Counted from the stretch's first letter, positions 1 through 10,204 are shown. The stretch is DNA of 64,000 nucleotides from an uncultured Chloroflexia bacterium (GCA_963707215.1 CAVPPB010000001.1:480001-544000); one strand, 5' to 3'. Translations and numbers: made by a program. Notes: generated from the sequence alone by a model not told the origin.

Positions 1-1
1 G

Positions 2-1408
2 GTCGTCCGGGGTCGGTCCGCGGCGGCCCGCCGGGCGGCTCTCTCGGTCGATGAGCGACGGGCTCTCGGCCAACGACAACGCGACCGGGTGCCACGCAGG
101 AGCCACGGCGACTGGACCCCACCGCCCGAGCGAGCCGACCCGGTCGCCGTCCTCCAGGCGCAGGACGAGGCCCGGGTCCCCGAGCTGGTCCCCATCCGGC
201 ACGGACGGATGGCGGTCTCACCGTTCGCCTTCTACCGGGGCTCGGCCGCGGTCATGGCCGGGGACCTCGCGTCATCGCCGAAGTCCGGGTTCGACGTCCA
301 GGCCAGCGGCGATGCTCACCTGCTCAACTTCGGGGTCTTCGGGACGCAGGAGCGCAATCTCGTCTTCGGGATGAACGACTTCGACGAGACGCTGCCGGGG
401 CCGTGGGAGTGGGACGTGAAGCGCCTGGCTGCCAGCTTCGTGCTCGCCGGCCGCGAGGGAGGCGCCAGCGACTCGAAGTCGCGGGAGGCCGCCGAGACGG
501 CGGTCCGGAGCTACCGCGAGCGGATGGCCGGGTACGCCGAGCTCGGAGCCCTCGGGACCTGGTACTCCAACCTCGACACGACCGCCCTGCTGAAGGTCCT
601 CTCGCCCTCGACCCGCGAGCGGGCGGAGGAGATCATCGCCAAGGCCAGGACGCGGACGAACCTGCAGGTCCTCGAGAAGACGACCGAGCTGATCGACGGC
701 GACTTCCGGATCGTCACCAGCCCGCCCCTCGTGGTGCGCTCGAACGAGCAGATCGACGGCCAGCCGGTCGAGGTCATCCTCCAGCGCTGGCTCGACGGGT
801 ACCGGAGCTCGCTGGTCAACGACCGCCGCCGGCTGCTCGACCGCTACCGGGTGGTCGACGCGGTCCGCAAGGTGGTCGGGGTCGGGAGCGTCGGGACGCG
901 CTGCTTCGTGGTGCTGCTCCGCGGCGACACGGACCGGGACGTCCTCTTCCTCCAGGTCAAGGAGGCGACGACCTCCGTGCTCCAGCCGCACGTGGCGCCC
1001 AGCCGGCACGACTACCACGGCCGACGGGTCGTCGAGGGCCAGCGGCTCATCCAGCCCGCGCCGGACATCTTCCTCGGCTGGGGCCGGATGACGAATCGCG
1101 AAGGCCACTGGTTCGACTACTACGTCCGCCAGCTCCGCGACATGAAGGGCTCGGTGACGATCGAGCCGGGCAACGTCCGGCCGGCCGCCATGATCGAGTA
1201 CGCGGCCCTGTGCGGCTGGGCCCTCGCCCTGGCCCACGCCCGCTCCGGGGACGCCGCGGCCATCTCCGGCTACCTGGGGTCTGCCGACACCTTCGACCGG
1301 GCCGTCACTCGCTTCGCCGTCGCCTATGCCGACCAGACCGAGCGCGACCACGCCGCCCTGGTCGAGGCGATCAAGACGGGCAGGATCGTCGCCGAACCCG
1401 ACCAGTAG
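2..1408 (+). CDS. DUF2252 family protein (5' end probably outside window)
   Basis: Motifs LVPIRHGRM..SPFAFYRG, GDAHLLNFG, NDFDE, WEWDVKRL, KVVGVGSVG, LQVKEA, YVRQLRDMK. The frame is open from position 2 (LSVDERRALGQRQRDRVPR), so the true start is likely upstream. Confidence 0.88.
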   Translation, partial: VVRGRSAAARRAALSVDERRALGQRQRDRVPRRSHGDWTPPPERADPVAVLQAQDEARVPELVPIRHGRMAVSPFAFYRGSAAVMAGDLASSPKSGFDVQASGDAHLLNFGVFGTQERNLVFGMNDFDETLPGPWEWDVKRLAASFVLAGREGGASDSKSREAAETAVRSYRERMAGYAELGALGTWYSNLDTTALLKVLSPSTRERAEEIIAKARTRTNLQVLEKTTELIDGDFRIVTSPPLVVRSNEQIDGQPVEVILQRWLDGYRSSLVNDRRRLLDRYRVVDAVRKVVGVGSVGTRCFVVLLRGDTDRDVLFLQVKEATTSVLQPHVAPSRHDYHGRRVVEGQRLIQPAPDIFLGWGRMTNREGHWFDYYVRQLRDMKGSVTIEPGNVRPAAMIEYAALCGWALALAHARSGDAAAISGYLGSADTFDRAVTRFAVAYADQTERDHAALVEAIKTGRIVAEPDQ

Positions 1409-1493
1409 CCGGACAGGCGTCGAAGTGGCCCTCTCGGCCACGCCAGGCTGCCGTACCGTGTCGGAATCCACCGTCACCAAGAGGTCGAGACCG

Positions 1494-3122
1494 ATGACTC
1501 GCTGGGGTTCGCTCGCCGCGCTCGCTGCCGCCCAGTTCCTCATGGTGCTGGACCAGGCCGTCATGAACGTCTCGATCAGCCAGCTGGTCGAGGACTTCGA
1601 CACGACGGTCACGACGATCCAGTCGGTCATCACCCTCTACGCGCTGGTCATGGCCATGTTCATGCTGACCGGCGGCAAGATCGGCGACATCATCGGGCGG
1701 CGGCGGGCGTTCGTCGTCGGCCTTGTCATCTACGGCAGCGGGTCGGCACTCACGGCGATCGCCCCAACGGTCGGGATCCTGACGCTCGGCTGGTCGGTCC
1801 TCGAGGGGATCGGCGCTGCGCTGGTGCTCCCCGCGCTGGCAGCCCTGATCGCCGGCAACTTCCAGGGACGCGAACGGGTGACCGCCTACGCGATCATCGG
1901 TGGGGTGGCGGGCGCCGGCATCGCCGTCGGACCGATCGTCGGCGGCTGGGCGACGACCGTGCTCACCTGGCGCATCGTCTTCGCCGGCGAGGTCGTCATC
2001 GTGCTCGCCATCCTCGCCATGAGCAGGCTGGTCGCGGATGCGCCGCGAGAGGGGCGTGCCCCGAGCCTGGACGTGATCGGGGCAGCGCTGTCCGCGCTGG
2101 CCCTCGGAGCCATCGTCTATGGCGTCCTCCAGGCGAGCACCTGGGGCTGGATCACTCCGAAGGACTCCCCGGTGGAGCCGCTGGGCTTCTCGCTGACCGT
2201 CTTCGTCGTGACCGCAGGGTTCGTGCTCGGTTGGCTCTTCGTCCGTTGGGAGCGCCACCGCGAGGCGACCGGCCAGGACCCGCTCGTCCATCTGGACCTG
2301 CTTCGCATCCCGCCGCTCAGGTCGGGGCTCGTCAACCTGCTGAGCCAGAACCTCATCCTGATGGGCGTCTTCTTCACCGTTCCGCTGTACCTGCAGCTGG
2401 TGCTGGGCCTCGATGCGCTCGAGACCGGGATCAAGATGCTGCCGGTCTCGGTGACGATGTTCATCGCCTCGGCGCTCGGGTCCCGGCTGAGCCTTCGCTA
2501 CTCGGTCCGCACCATCGTCCGGGCCGGCCTGGCCGTCATCACGGTGGCCGTCCTCGTCCTCCTTGCGGTGATCGATCCCGAGCTGCGAAGTCTTGGGTTC
2601 GCGGCCGCCATGGCCCTCCTGGGGGTCGGGATGGGGCTCATCGCCTCCCAGCTGGGCAACGTCGTGCAGTCGTCGGTGGACGCCTCCGGCCGGAGCGAGG
2701 CCGGCGGCCTCCAGTACACCGGCCAGCAACTGGGCTCGTCGCTCGGCGTCGCCCTGATCGGTGCGATCGTCCTGAGCGGCCTGGCCTCCAACTTCCTGGG
2801 CAACGTCCAGAACGACGAACGGATCAGTGCCGAGGTCGCCAGCCAGGTCGCGATCGCGGTCGACGGGAGCACGGACTTCGTCTCGACCAGCCAGGTCGAG
2901 GAGGCCGCGACGGCGGCGGGCCTGGACCAGCCGACCGTCGACGCCCTCGTCGAGGACTACGCCGAGGCGCAGCTCCTGGCCCTCAAGACCGGGCTCCTGG
3001 CGTCGGCGCTCATCGCCATCGCGACGCTGCTGTTCACCCGCGCGCTGCCGAGTCGACGGCCGGGCGAGGAGGATCAGGCGAAGCCGGACGTCGCCACAGG
3101 AGCGACCGGATCGATCTCCTGA
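1494..3122 (+). CDS. MFS transporter, DHA2 (14-TM) type
   Basis: AQFLMVLD..MNV, GKIGDIIGRRR (MFS motif A), many TM segments; ATG at 1494 with GAGG upstream. Confidence 0.88.
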   Translation: MTRWGSLAALAAAQFLMVLDQAVMNVSISQLVEDFDTTVTTIQSVITLYALVMAMFMLTGGKIGDIIGRRRAFVVGLVIYGSGSALTAIAPTVGILTLGWSVLEGIGAALVLPALAALIAGNFQGRERVTAYAIIGGVAGAGIAVGPIVGGWATTVLTWRIVFAGEVVIVLAILAMSRLVADAPREGRAPSLDVIGAALSALALGAIVYGVLQASTWGWITPKDSPVEPLGFSLTVFVVTAGFVLGWLFVRWERHREATGQDPLVHLDLLRIPPLRSGLVNLLSQNLILMGVFFTVPLYLQLVLGLDALETGIKMLPVSVTMFIASALGSRLSLRYSVRTIVRAGLAVITVAVLVLLAVIDPELRSLGFAAAMALLGVGMGLIASQLGNVVQSSVDASGRSEAGGLQYTGQQLGSSLGVALIGAIVLSGLASNFLGNVQNDERISAEVASQVAIAVDGSTDFVSTSQVEEAATAAGLDQPTVDALVEDYAEAQLLALKTGLLASALIAIATLLFTRALPSRRPGEEDQAKPDVATGATGSIS

Positions 3123-3496
3123 CGTTGCCCAGGGAGGGCCCCTGGCAGCCGGTGAGCCAGGGCCAGGAGCCAGAAGCAGACAGCGGGAGGCGACGCGCAG
3201 CTCGGATGCGAGTCGCCGGGGCACAGCGCGCGGGCTGAGCCAACGGCGAGGATCGGCGCTCGTCGTCCCCTCCTGGTTCGACCACCGCCAGGGCGAGATC
3301 CAGCGCGGCGACCACCCGCACCGACGGTCCTGTGCCGACGCGCCAAAGGGCCCTTGCCGGCGGCGCGCGAGCCGTCGTCTCATGAGGGGCGAAGGCTGGC
3401 TCCGCGGCCGATCCTCCCCGGCGCAGAGCTTCGCTGTCCGGCTCCGAGGCCGGGGCGATCAGCCGAGGGAGTCCTGGCGTCCCGGGGAGCACCTCG

Positions 3497-3706
3497 ATGA
3501 CTGCCGGCAGCACCACCACCCACCTGAGATCGAGCCGCGAGATTCGGACGGCGGTGGGCCTCACCGTGGTCGCCATGGCGGCGATCCTCGGCCTCCTCGT
3601 CGCCGGTCAGGCGGGCCTACTGCCCCGATCGCCGGCGTGGTCCGGCAGCCCGGCCGACCAATACCTGTCGCAGCAGACCGTCGGAGAGCGCCTCGCCGCG
3701 CCGTAG
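3497..3706 (+). CDS. small single-TM hypothetical protein (69 aa)
   Basis: GGGGAG SD upstream of ATG; one hydrophobic stretch (AVGLTVVAMAAILGLLVAG); fills an otherwise empty gap. Confidence 0.55.
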   Translation: MTAGSTTTHLRSSREIRTAVGLTVVAMAAILGLLVAGQAGLLPRSPAWSGSPADQYLSQQTVGERLAAP

Positions 3707-3738
3707 GACCGCCTCACCGAGCCCGACTCAGCGCACCG

Positions 3739-4830
3739 TCACTCACCACCGGGCGTCAGCTCGACGGAACCCTTGCTGAAATCGGCGCCGACGACATCGC
3801 CCGTGATCGCATCGAGGGCGCGCTCGGCGAGGTCGGTCCGATACGCGTCGGCCGCCGGGGCAGCAGTGAGCAGGCCGGCATCGAGCATGACCGTGACCGT
3901 CTGGTCGAAGAGGACCGCGTCCATGAGGCCGACGCCATCCGGCGAAGGCCAGATCAGCGGGTTGACCTCGTTCATCTGCCAGGCCTGGTGGCTCCTCCCG
4001 GTCGCGCCGCCGGCCTGGAGCACGTAGTCGACGCAGACCGACACGTTCTCGCGGCAGAACATCCAACCGCGGAAGGCACCGGTCAGGAACCGGACGGCCA
4101 GGTCCTCGCCGTCACCCTCGGCAAGCCAGGCAGCGCGGGCGAAGATGCCGTCCTGGAGCATCGCCGTGCCCTCGCTGTTGTAGTCGATGACGTTGAGGTC
4201 CTCCGGTCGGTAGAGCTCGCCGGTGGCCGGATCGATCGTCTCGAGCACCAGGGCGTACTCGTTGTAGATCATCGCCTGGGCGACGTCGATCTCGCCGCCG
4301 AGGAAGGCGTCCATGTCGGTCTCCTGGAGGATCCTCTCGTAGTCGACGTCTGCCTCGAGGCCATACTGCCGGGCGGCAGCCGTGACCTCGTGCTCGTTGC
4401 CCGCACCCCAGAGGCCGACCTTGCGGCCCTCGAAATCCTCCGGGGAGGTGATGCCGCTGTCGGACCAGGCGACCGACAGCGTGCCGGAACGCTGGAAGAC
4501 CTGGGCGATGTTCACCAGGTCGGAGCCGCCCTCCCGCGCCTCGAGGACGCGTGGCAGCCACGAGACCGTGAATTCGGGGCCGTCCGGTCTCGAGCCAAGC
4601 TCCTGGGGAGCCACGTCAGGACCACCCGGGACGATCACCACGTCGAGCCCCTCCGCGGCCCAGTAGCCCTGCTTCAGGGCGGCGTAGTAGCCGGCGAACT
4701 GGGCCTGGGGCTGCCACTGGAGGAGGACGCGGACCGGCGTCAGCGGGCCCCCTGTCGCGGCATTCGAGCAGGCCGTGGCCGCCATGGCGATCGCCATGCC
4801 CATCGCCAGCACTCGGCGTGGAGCCATCAT
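3739..4830 (-). CDS. ABC transporter substrate-binding lipoprotein, NMT1/THI5-like
   Basis: Lipobox-like AATAC; LQWQPQAQFAGYYAA, GLDV, AQAMIYNE motifs; ATGA overlap with the upstream ATPase. Confidence 0.87.
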   Translation of the reverse strand: MMAPRRVLAMGMAIAMAATACSNAATGGPLTPVRVLLQWQPQAQFAGYYAALKQGYWAAEGLDVVIVPGGPDVAPQELGSRPDGPEFTVSWLPRVLEAREGGSDLVNIAQVFQRSGTLSVAWSDSGITSPEDFEGRKVGLWGAGNEHEVTAAARQYGLEADVDYERILQETDMDAFLGGEIDVAQAMIYNEYALVLETIDPATGELYRPEDLNVIDYNSEGTAMLQDGIFARAAWLAEGDGEDLAVRFLTGAFRGWMFCRENVSVCVDYVLQAGGATGRSHQAWQMNEVNPLIWPSPDGVGLMDAVLFDQTVTVMLDAGLLTAAPAADAYRTDLAERALDAITGDVVGADFSKGSVELTPGGE

Positions 4831-5735
4831 CGGGTCTTCCTGGGGCTATCCCACGCCACCGGCGCCGGGGCACCCTCGACGCCAGCCCCTGCGCCGTCGC
4901 CACGGAGCGCCGCGCGAACGGCCGTGACCAGGTCGAAGTAGTCCGGGATCGCCCTGGTGGCCTCGTTGCGGGGACGCGGCAGATCGATGTCGATCACGCG
5001 GGCGATGCGACCCGGTCGGGGGGTCATCACGGCGACCCGGGTCGACAGGAACACCGCCTCGGGAACCGAGTGGGTCACGAAGACGATGGTCGTCCCGGTC
5101 CGCTCCCAGATGCGGAGGAGCTCCTGGTTCAGCCGCTCTCGGCTCATCTCGTCGAGGGCGCCGAACGGCTCGTCCATGAGCAGGATCGCCGGCTCGAAGG
5201 CCAGGGCACGGGCGATCGCCACCCGCTGCTGCATGCCACCCGACAGCTGGTAGGGGTGGTGGCCGACGAACCCGGACAGCTCGACGAGCTCGAGCATCTC
5301 CCGTGCCCGTGCAGCCGTCCGGGCCTTGTCGTAGCCCAGGATCTCGAGCGGCAACCCGACGTTGCCCTCCACGGTCCGCCAGTCGAAGAGCACCGGGGAC
5401 TGGAAGACGATCCCGTAGTCACGGTCCAGGCGGGCGCGCTCGGCCGACTTGCCGTTGACCCGGATCGAGCCGGCGCTCGGTGCCGTCAGGTCGCCGACCA
5501 CCCGGAGCAGCGTCGACTTGCCGCAGCCGGAGGGACCGATGACCGAGACGAACTCGCCGCGCCGGATGTCAAGATCGATGTCCTCGAGCGCGCCGGTGCC
5601 GCCACCACCGGCAGGCCCGAAGCGCTTGCCGATCCCGCGGAGGCTCACGACCGCATCGTCAGGTCGGGATCGGGGCCGCCGATCCGTCTCGCCCGCGGGC
5701 CCCTCGGCCAGTGCCATCGCCAGCCCGCCGGCCAC
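4827..5735 (-). CDS. ABC transporter ATP-binding protein (TauB/SsuB-like)
   Basis: Walker A GPSGCGKST, signature LSGGMQQR, Walker B LLMDEPF, H-loop VTH. Start could be GTG 5735 or ATG 5717. Confidence 0.9.
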   Translation of the reverse strand: MAGGLAMALAEGPAGETDRRPRSRPDDAVVSLRGIGKRFGPAGGGGTGALEDIDLDIRRGEFVSVIGPSGCGKSTLLRVVGDLTAPSAGSIRVNGKSAERARLDRDYGIVFQSPVLFDWRTVEGNVGLPLEILGYDKARTAARAREMLELVELSGFVGHHPYQLSGGMQQRVAIARALAFEPAILLMDEPFGALDEMSRERLNQELLRIWERTGTTIVFVTHSVPEAVFLSTRVAVMTPRPGRIARVIDIDLPRPRNEATRAIPDYFDLVTAVRAALRGDGAGAGVEGAPAPVAWDSPRKTR

Positions 5736-7067
5736 CTAGCCGGTCACCGCCCGGTCGGCGATGTCGAGGGCCGCGTCGATGACCTCGAAGCCGTCGGCCA
5801 GCTGCTCCTCGGTGATGCAGAGGGGCGGGTTCGTGTGGATCGAGTTGTTGGCGAGCATCGCGTACACGCCGTGCTCGCGGAGGTACTTCCCGATGGCCTT
5901 CATCTCATCGCTGGAGCCGTTGAACGAGGTCATCGGCGTCCACGGTTCGTGGCTGCGGACGAGATCGATGATCCCGAAGAGCCCCAGATTCCGATGGGCG
6001 CCCACCGATGGATGCTTCGCCGCCAGCCGCTCATGGTGCGCCCGCATGACGGGCCCGAGCCGGGCGGCGTTCCCGATGAGGTCGTCCTCCTCGTAGACGC
6101 CGATCGTGGCCAGGGCGGCTGCAAGGCTCACCGGATGGCTGCTGTAGGTGAGCCCGCCGTAGAACATCTTCGTCTCGAAGGCCTCGGCGATCCCATGGCG
6201 CATGGCAACGGCGCCGAGCGGCAGGTATGAGCTGGTCAGGCCCTTGGCCATCGTCATCAGGTCGGGCACGACGTCCCAGTGATCGATGGCGAACCAGCGG
6301 CCGGTCCGGCCGAATCCCGCCATCACCTCATCGGCGACCATCAGGATGCCGTAGCGGTCGCAGATCTCACGGACGCCCTGGATGTAGCCGTCGGGTGGGA
6401 TGAGGATCCCGTTGGTCCCGACGACGGTCTCGAGGAAGACCGCCGCAATCGTGTGGGGACCCTCGTAGCGGACGACGTCCTCGAGCCCCTGGAGGCTCTC
6501 CTCGACGGGTCGGGGCTCCGCCTCGCCCCATCGATGCGTGTCCGGGTAGCGGACGACCCCGACCAGACCGGGCTCGTTGGCCCAGCGGCGGGGGTCGCCG
6601 GTCAGGGTCATGGCTCCCATCGTGGCCCCGTGGTAGGCCCGGTAGCGGGCCAGCACCTTGGTCCGACCCGTGTAATGGCGAGCCAGCTTGATCGCGTTCT
6701 CGATGGCCTCGGCGCCACCGAGGGTGAAGAAGACCTTGTCCAGGTCGCCGGGCATGATCTCCGCGAGCTTGGCCCCGAGCCGTCCGCGGATCTCGGTGGC
6801 GAAGGCCGGCTGGACGTACTGGAGCTGGGTCGCCTGCGCGGTCATCGCATCGACGACCCGGCGATCGCCGTGGCCGATGTTCACCGACATGAGCTGGCTG
6901 TTGAAGTCGAGGATCCGCTGGCCCTCCGGCGTGTAGATGTAGACGCCCTCCGCGTGATCGATGGCGATCGGATCGAGCGCCCCCTGCACGGACCAGGAGA
7001 AGAAGGTGTGGGCGCGGTTGAGGGCGACGATCTCCTCGGACGTCGCCTTGCCGGTCTGCGCGGTCAT
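5736..7067 (-). CDS. class III PLP aminotransferase (beta-alanine/taurine:2-oxoacid, PydD-like)
   Basis: GGAEAIE, YHGAT, ADEVMAGFGRTG, PDLMTMAKG (PLP Lys), GLTYSSHP; cluster context. Confidence 0.85.
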   Translation of the reverse strand: MTAQTGKATSEEIVALNRAHTFFSWSVQGALDPIAIDHAEGVYIYTPEGQRILDFNSQLMSVNIGHGDRRVVDAMTAQATQLQYVQPAFATEIRGRLGAKLAEIMPGDLDKVFFTLGGAEAIENAIKLARHYTGRTKVLARYRAYHGATMGAMTLTGDPRRWANEPGLVGVVRYPDTHRWGEAEPRPVEESLQGLEDVVRYEGPHTIAAVFLETVVGTNGILIPPDGYIQGVREICDRYGILMVADEVMAGFGRTGRWFAIDHWDVVPDLMTMAKGLTSSYLPLGAVAMRHGIAEAFETKMFYGGLTYSSHPVSLAAALATIGVYEEDDLIGNAARLGPVMRAHHERLAAKHPSVGAHRNLGLFGIIDLVRSHEPWTPMTSFNGSSDEMKAIGKYLREHGVYAMLANNSIHTNPPLCITEEQLADGFEVIDAALDIADRAVTG

Positions 7068-7228
7068 CGGTCACCTCACGGGAGGACGGGGAGGGCCGGC
7101 GTCGCGCCGGCCCGGCGCGAACGGGCGCACGGGATCACAGGAGCGATTACACCACAAGGCGGCCGGATCGAGCGCCCGGCGAGTCGCCGAGCGAACCTCC
7201 TGACGAGGCGATCCCGGATGGGGGAAAC

Positions 7229-7259
7229 GCGGAGGCCCCTCGGTGGGAGGGGCCTCCGC
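7229..7259 (-). terminator. intrinsic terminator-like hairpin after NCS1
   Basis: GCGGAGGCCCCTC-ggtgg-GAGGGGCCTCCGC perfect 13-bp stem, followed on the minus strand by GTTT. Confidence 0.6.
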
Positions 7260-7305
7260 TGCGAGCGTCAGGTGGCCGGGCAGCCGGCCTGACAGGGGAT
7301 GGCCG

Positions 7306-8940
7306 TCAAGCCGCGGTCGGAGCAGGCTCCGGCGCCGCTTCCTCGACCTCCTGGCCCTTCTGCGGGATGAAGCGCGCGAGGATCCAGTACAGGACGAATC
7401 CGACGAGGAAGGCCACGACCCAGCTGTAGTCGTACAGGTTGAAGATGAACTCGCCGAAGGCGAGATCCCACTTGAGGAACGGCAGCACGCCGGTCTCCGG
7501 GAACGGCCCCGTGCCACCGGCGGGGGTGTAGGCGCCGCCGATGGCGAAGAAGGCGCCGACCACGAGGGCGACGACCGCTCGCCAGTTCCAGCCGGCCGCA
7601 TAGCGGTAGATGCCGCTTTGCCGGTACAGGTCGGCCAGCTTCAGGTTCCGCCTGCGGATCAGCCAGTAGTCGGCGATCAGGACGCCGGCGATCGCACCGG
7701 TCAGTCCGCCGTAGGTGCCGAGCCAGGTGAAGATGTAGATGCTCGGGTCACTGAACAGGTACCACGGCATGATCAGGATGCCGATGATGCCCGTGATGAT
7801 CCCGCCGGTCCGGAAGCTGATCTTGCTCGGCCACGCGTTCGAGAAGTCGTAGGACGGGCTCACGACGTTCGCCGCCACGTTCGTGGACAGCGTCGCCAGG
7901 GCGAACGTGAACAGCATGAACAGGACGATGGGCACGCTGTCGATCTGGGCGACGAGCTGCGTCGGGTCCCAGATCGCTTCGCCGTAGACGACCACGGTGG
8001 CCGACACGGTGAGGACGCCGATCAGGGGGAACAGGGTCATCGTCGTCGGCAGCCCGAGTGTCTGGCCGAGGGCCTGCTCGCGCTGGCTGCGCCCGAACCG
8101 GGTGAAGTCGGGCATGTTCAGCGAGAGCGTCGACCAGAAGGCGATCATGCCCATCAGCGAGATGGGGAACACCGCCCAGAAGTCAGCGCCCCAGCCCAGG
8201 GTGCCGCTCTGGCTCACGACGGGCCCGAGGCCGCCGGCCTGGATGACCATCCAGATCATCAGGATGACGAAGACCGTCACCAGGAACGGGGCTGCCAGGT
8301 TCTCGAACCGCTTCACCGCGTTCATGCCGTACAGGATGATCGCGATGTTGGCGGCCCAGAAGAGCAGGAAGCTCAGCCACATCGTCCACGGCTGCGCGGC
8401 GGCATCGCCGAAGCCGATGGAGATGGTGGCGGCATCCGTCCAGAAGTTCCCTTCTCCAAGGACCCAGTTGAAGAAGGCGGCCCCGATCCCGAACACGGCA
8501 AGGGCGCCGATCCAGGTCTGGATGCCGAACCAGATGCAGGCGATCCCGGCCCGCAGGAGGGCGGGAAGGTTGGCACCCCAGACGCCGAATGCCGCCCGAG
8601 AGACCACCGGATATGGGATCCCGTACTTCGTGCCCGCGTGGCTGATCAGGAGCATCGGGATCAGGACGATGATGTTGCCGAGGGCGATCGTGAGGATCGC
8701 CTGGACCCAGTCCATCCCGAGGGCAATCAGGCCGGCGGCCAGCGCCCAGGACGGCAGGTTGATCGACATTGCGACCCAGAGGGCCAGGTAGTTGTAGGTC
8801 GTCCACGTGCGCTTGGGCAGCGCAGCGGGCGCGAGGTCGCCGTTGTGGAGCGGCGAGCCCTCCAGTGATGCGTCCGTCGCCGGGCTCAGCTCATGACGCC
8901 CGTCGGGATGGACGATCTCCTCCATCGTTGCCGCGGTCAT
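7306..8940 (-). CDS. NCS1 nucleobase:cation symporter-1 (PydP/allantoin/uracil permease-like)
   Basis: LHNGDLAP, RTWTTYNY, GTKYGIPYPV, WFGIQTWIG, LSLNMPDFTRF, NVAANVVSP; about 12 TMs; GGAGGGAG SD. Confidence 0.92.
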   Translation of the reverse strand: MTAATMEEIVHPDGRHELSPATDASLEGSPLHNGDLAPAALPKRTWTTYNYLALWVAMSINLPSWALAAGLIALGMDWVQAILTIALGNIIVLIPMLLISHAGTKYGIPYPVVSRAAFGVWGANLPALLRAGIACIWFGIQTWIGALAVFGIGAAFFNWVLGEGNFWTDAATISIGFGDAAAQPWTMWLSFLLFWAANIAIILYGMNAVKRFENLAAPFLVTVFVILMIWMVIQAGGLGPVVSQSGTLGWGADFWAVFPISLMGMIAFWSTLSLNMPDFTRFGRSQREQALGQTLGLPTTMTLFPLIGVLTVSATVVVYGEAIWDPTQLVAQIDSVPIVLFMLFTFALATLSTNVAANVVSPSYDFSNAWPSKISFRTGGIITGIIGILIMPWYLFSDPSIYIFTWLGTYGGLTGAIAGVLIADYWLIRRRNLKLADLYRQSGIYRYAAGWNWRAVVALVVGAFFAIGGAYTPAGGTGPFPETGVLPFLKWDLAFGEFIFNLYDYSWVVAFLVGFVLYWILARFIPQKGQEVEEAAPEPAPTAA

Positions 8941-9291
8941 TCACTCCCTCCGTCGTGTCGTCCCCCGCGGTTGATGCCACGGACCGACCGTATGGTCGTG
9001 CTCGGATCGATCTACGCTCGGTTCCTCCTCCTGCTGCGTCCAGTGCCGGGTGCGTCGCATCGTACGGGACCGTGCAAGCGTCGCGTGAGCGATCCGTGCA
9101 CAGGCGACCCGCCGCCGATGCCGAGCCGGTCGGGCCACCCGTGGACCGGATGGACCGTCCCGCCGGGAGGCGCACGCTGCGAGACCCGGACCGCACGGGT
9201 GTACGCTTCCGTCGCTCCCGCGGGGCGGCCGAGTCGTCCGGTGGGCCGTCGATATGCAGAGAGGACCGCAGGGTCGAGGAGGGTGACCGAG

Positions 9292-10146
9292 ATGCCCCGT
9301 ATCGTTCGAGGTGCACTGCTGCAGGCGACCTGGACCGGCGACAAGGAGTCGATGATCCAGAAGCACGAGGCGGCCGCCCACGAGGCGGCAGAGCAGGGCG
9401 CCCAGGTGATGCTCTTCCAGGAGCTCTTCTACGGGCCCTACTTCTGCCAGGTCCAGGACGCCCAGTACTACGCCTACACGGAACTGATCCCGGACGGTCC
9501 GACGACGAAGCGGATGCAGGACCTCGCGAAGCAGACCGGGCATGGTCCTCATCGTGCCGATGTACGAGGAGGACTCGACCGTCGTCCGGCATCTACTACA
9601 ACACGGCGGCGGTGATCGACGCCGACGGCTCGTACCTCGGCAAGTACCGCAAGACCCACATCCCGCACGTCAAGGGCTTCTGGGAGAAGTTCTACTTCCG
9701 GCCCGGCAACCTGGGCTATCCCGGTGTTCGAGACGGCCGTCGGCAAGGTCGGCGTGTACATCTGCTACGACCGCCACTTCCCCGAGGGCGCGCGGGCGCT
9801 CGGCCTCAACGGCGCGGAGATGGTCTTCATCCCCAGCGCCACCTCGCGCGGCCTGTCGGAGTACCTCTGGCGGATCGAGCAGGTCAGCCACGCGGTGGCC
9901 AACGGCTACTTCGTGGGCACGATCAACCGGGTCGGCATCGAGGCCGAGATCGGCGACGACGACTTCTACGGCCAGAGCTACTTCTGCGACCCGCGCGGCC
10001 AGTTCATCGGCTCGGTCGGCAGCCCGTACGACGAGGAGCTGATCGTCCGCGACATGGACCTCGACGTGGTCACCCAAGTCCGCCAGACCTGGCAGTTCTA
10101 CCGCGACCGCCGGCCCGACCAGTACGACGACCTCGTCCGACCCTAG
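9292..10146 (+). CDS. carbon-nitrogen hydrolase (beta-ureidopropionase/N-carbamoyl amidase-like), frameshifted in this sequence
   Basis: Catalytic triad pieces FQELFYGPYFC, GKYRKTHIP, YICYDRHFPE lie in different frames; shifts near 9540, 9580 and 9722; GAGGAGG SD. Confidence 0.85.
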
Positions 10147-10204
10147 CCCGACCCTGGGTCCGGCAGCCACCGTCCCGGCCTCGCGCCCGCACCGGAGGTA
10201 CCAG

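Noticed and set aside
9530-9730. Programmed ribosomal frameshifting in the C-N hydrolase (also LLM, mmuM, RND)
   Set aside because: No slippery heptamers, several shifts per gene, mostly in G/C runs; sequencing indels are more plausible.
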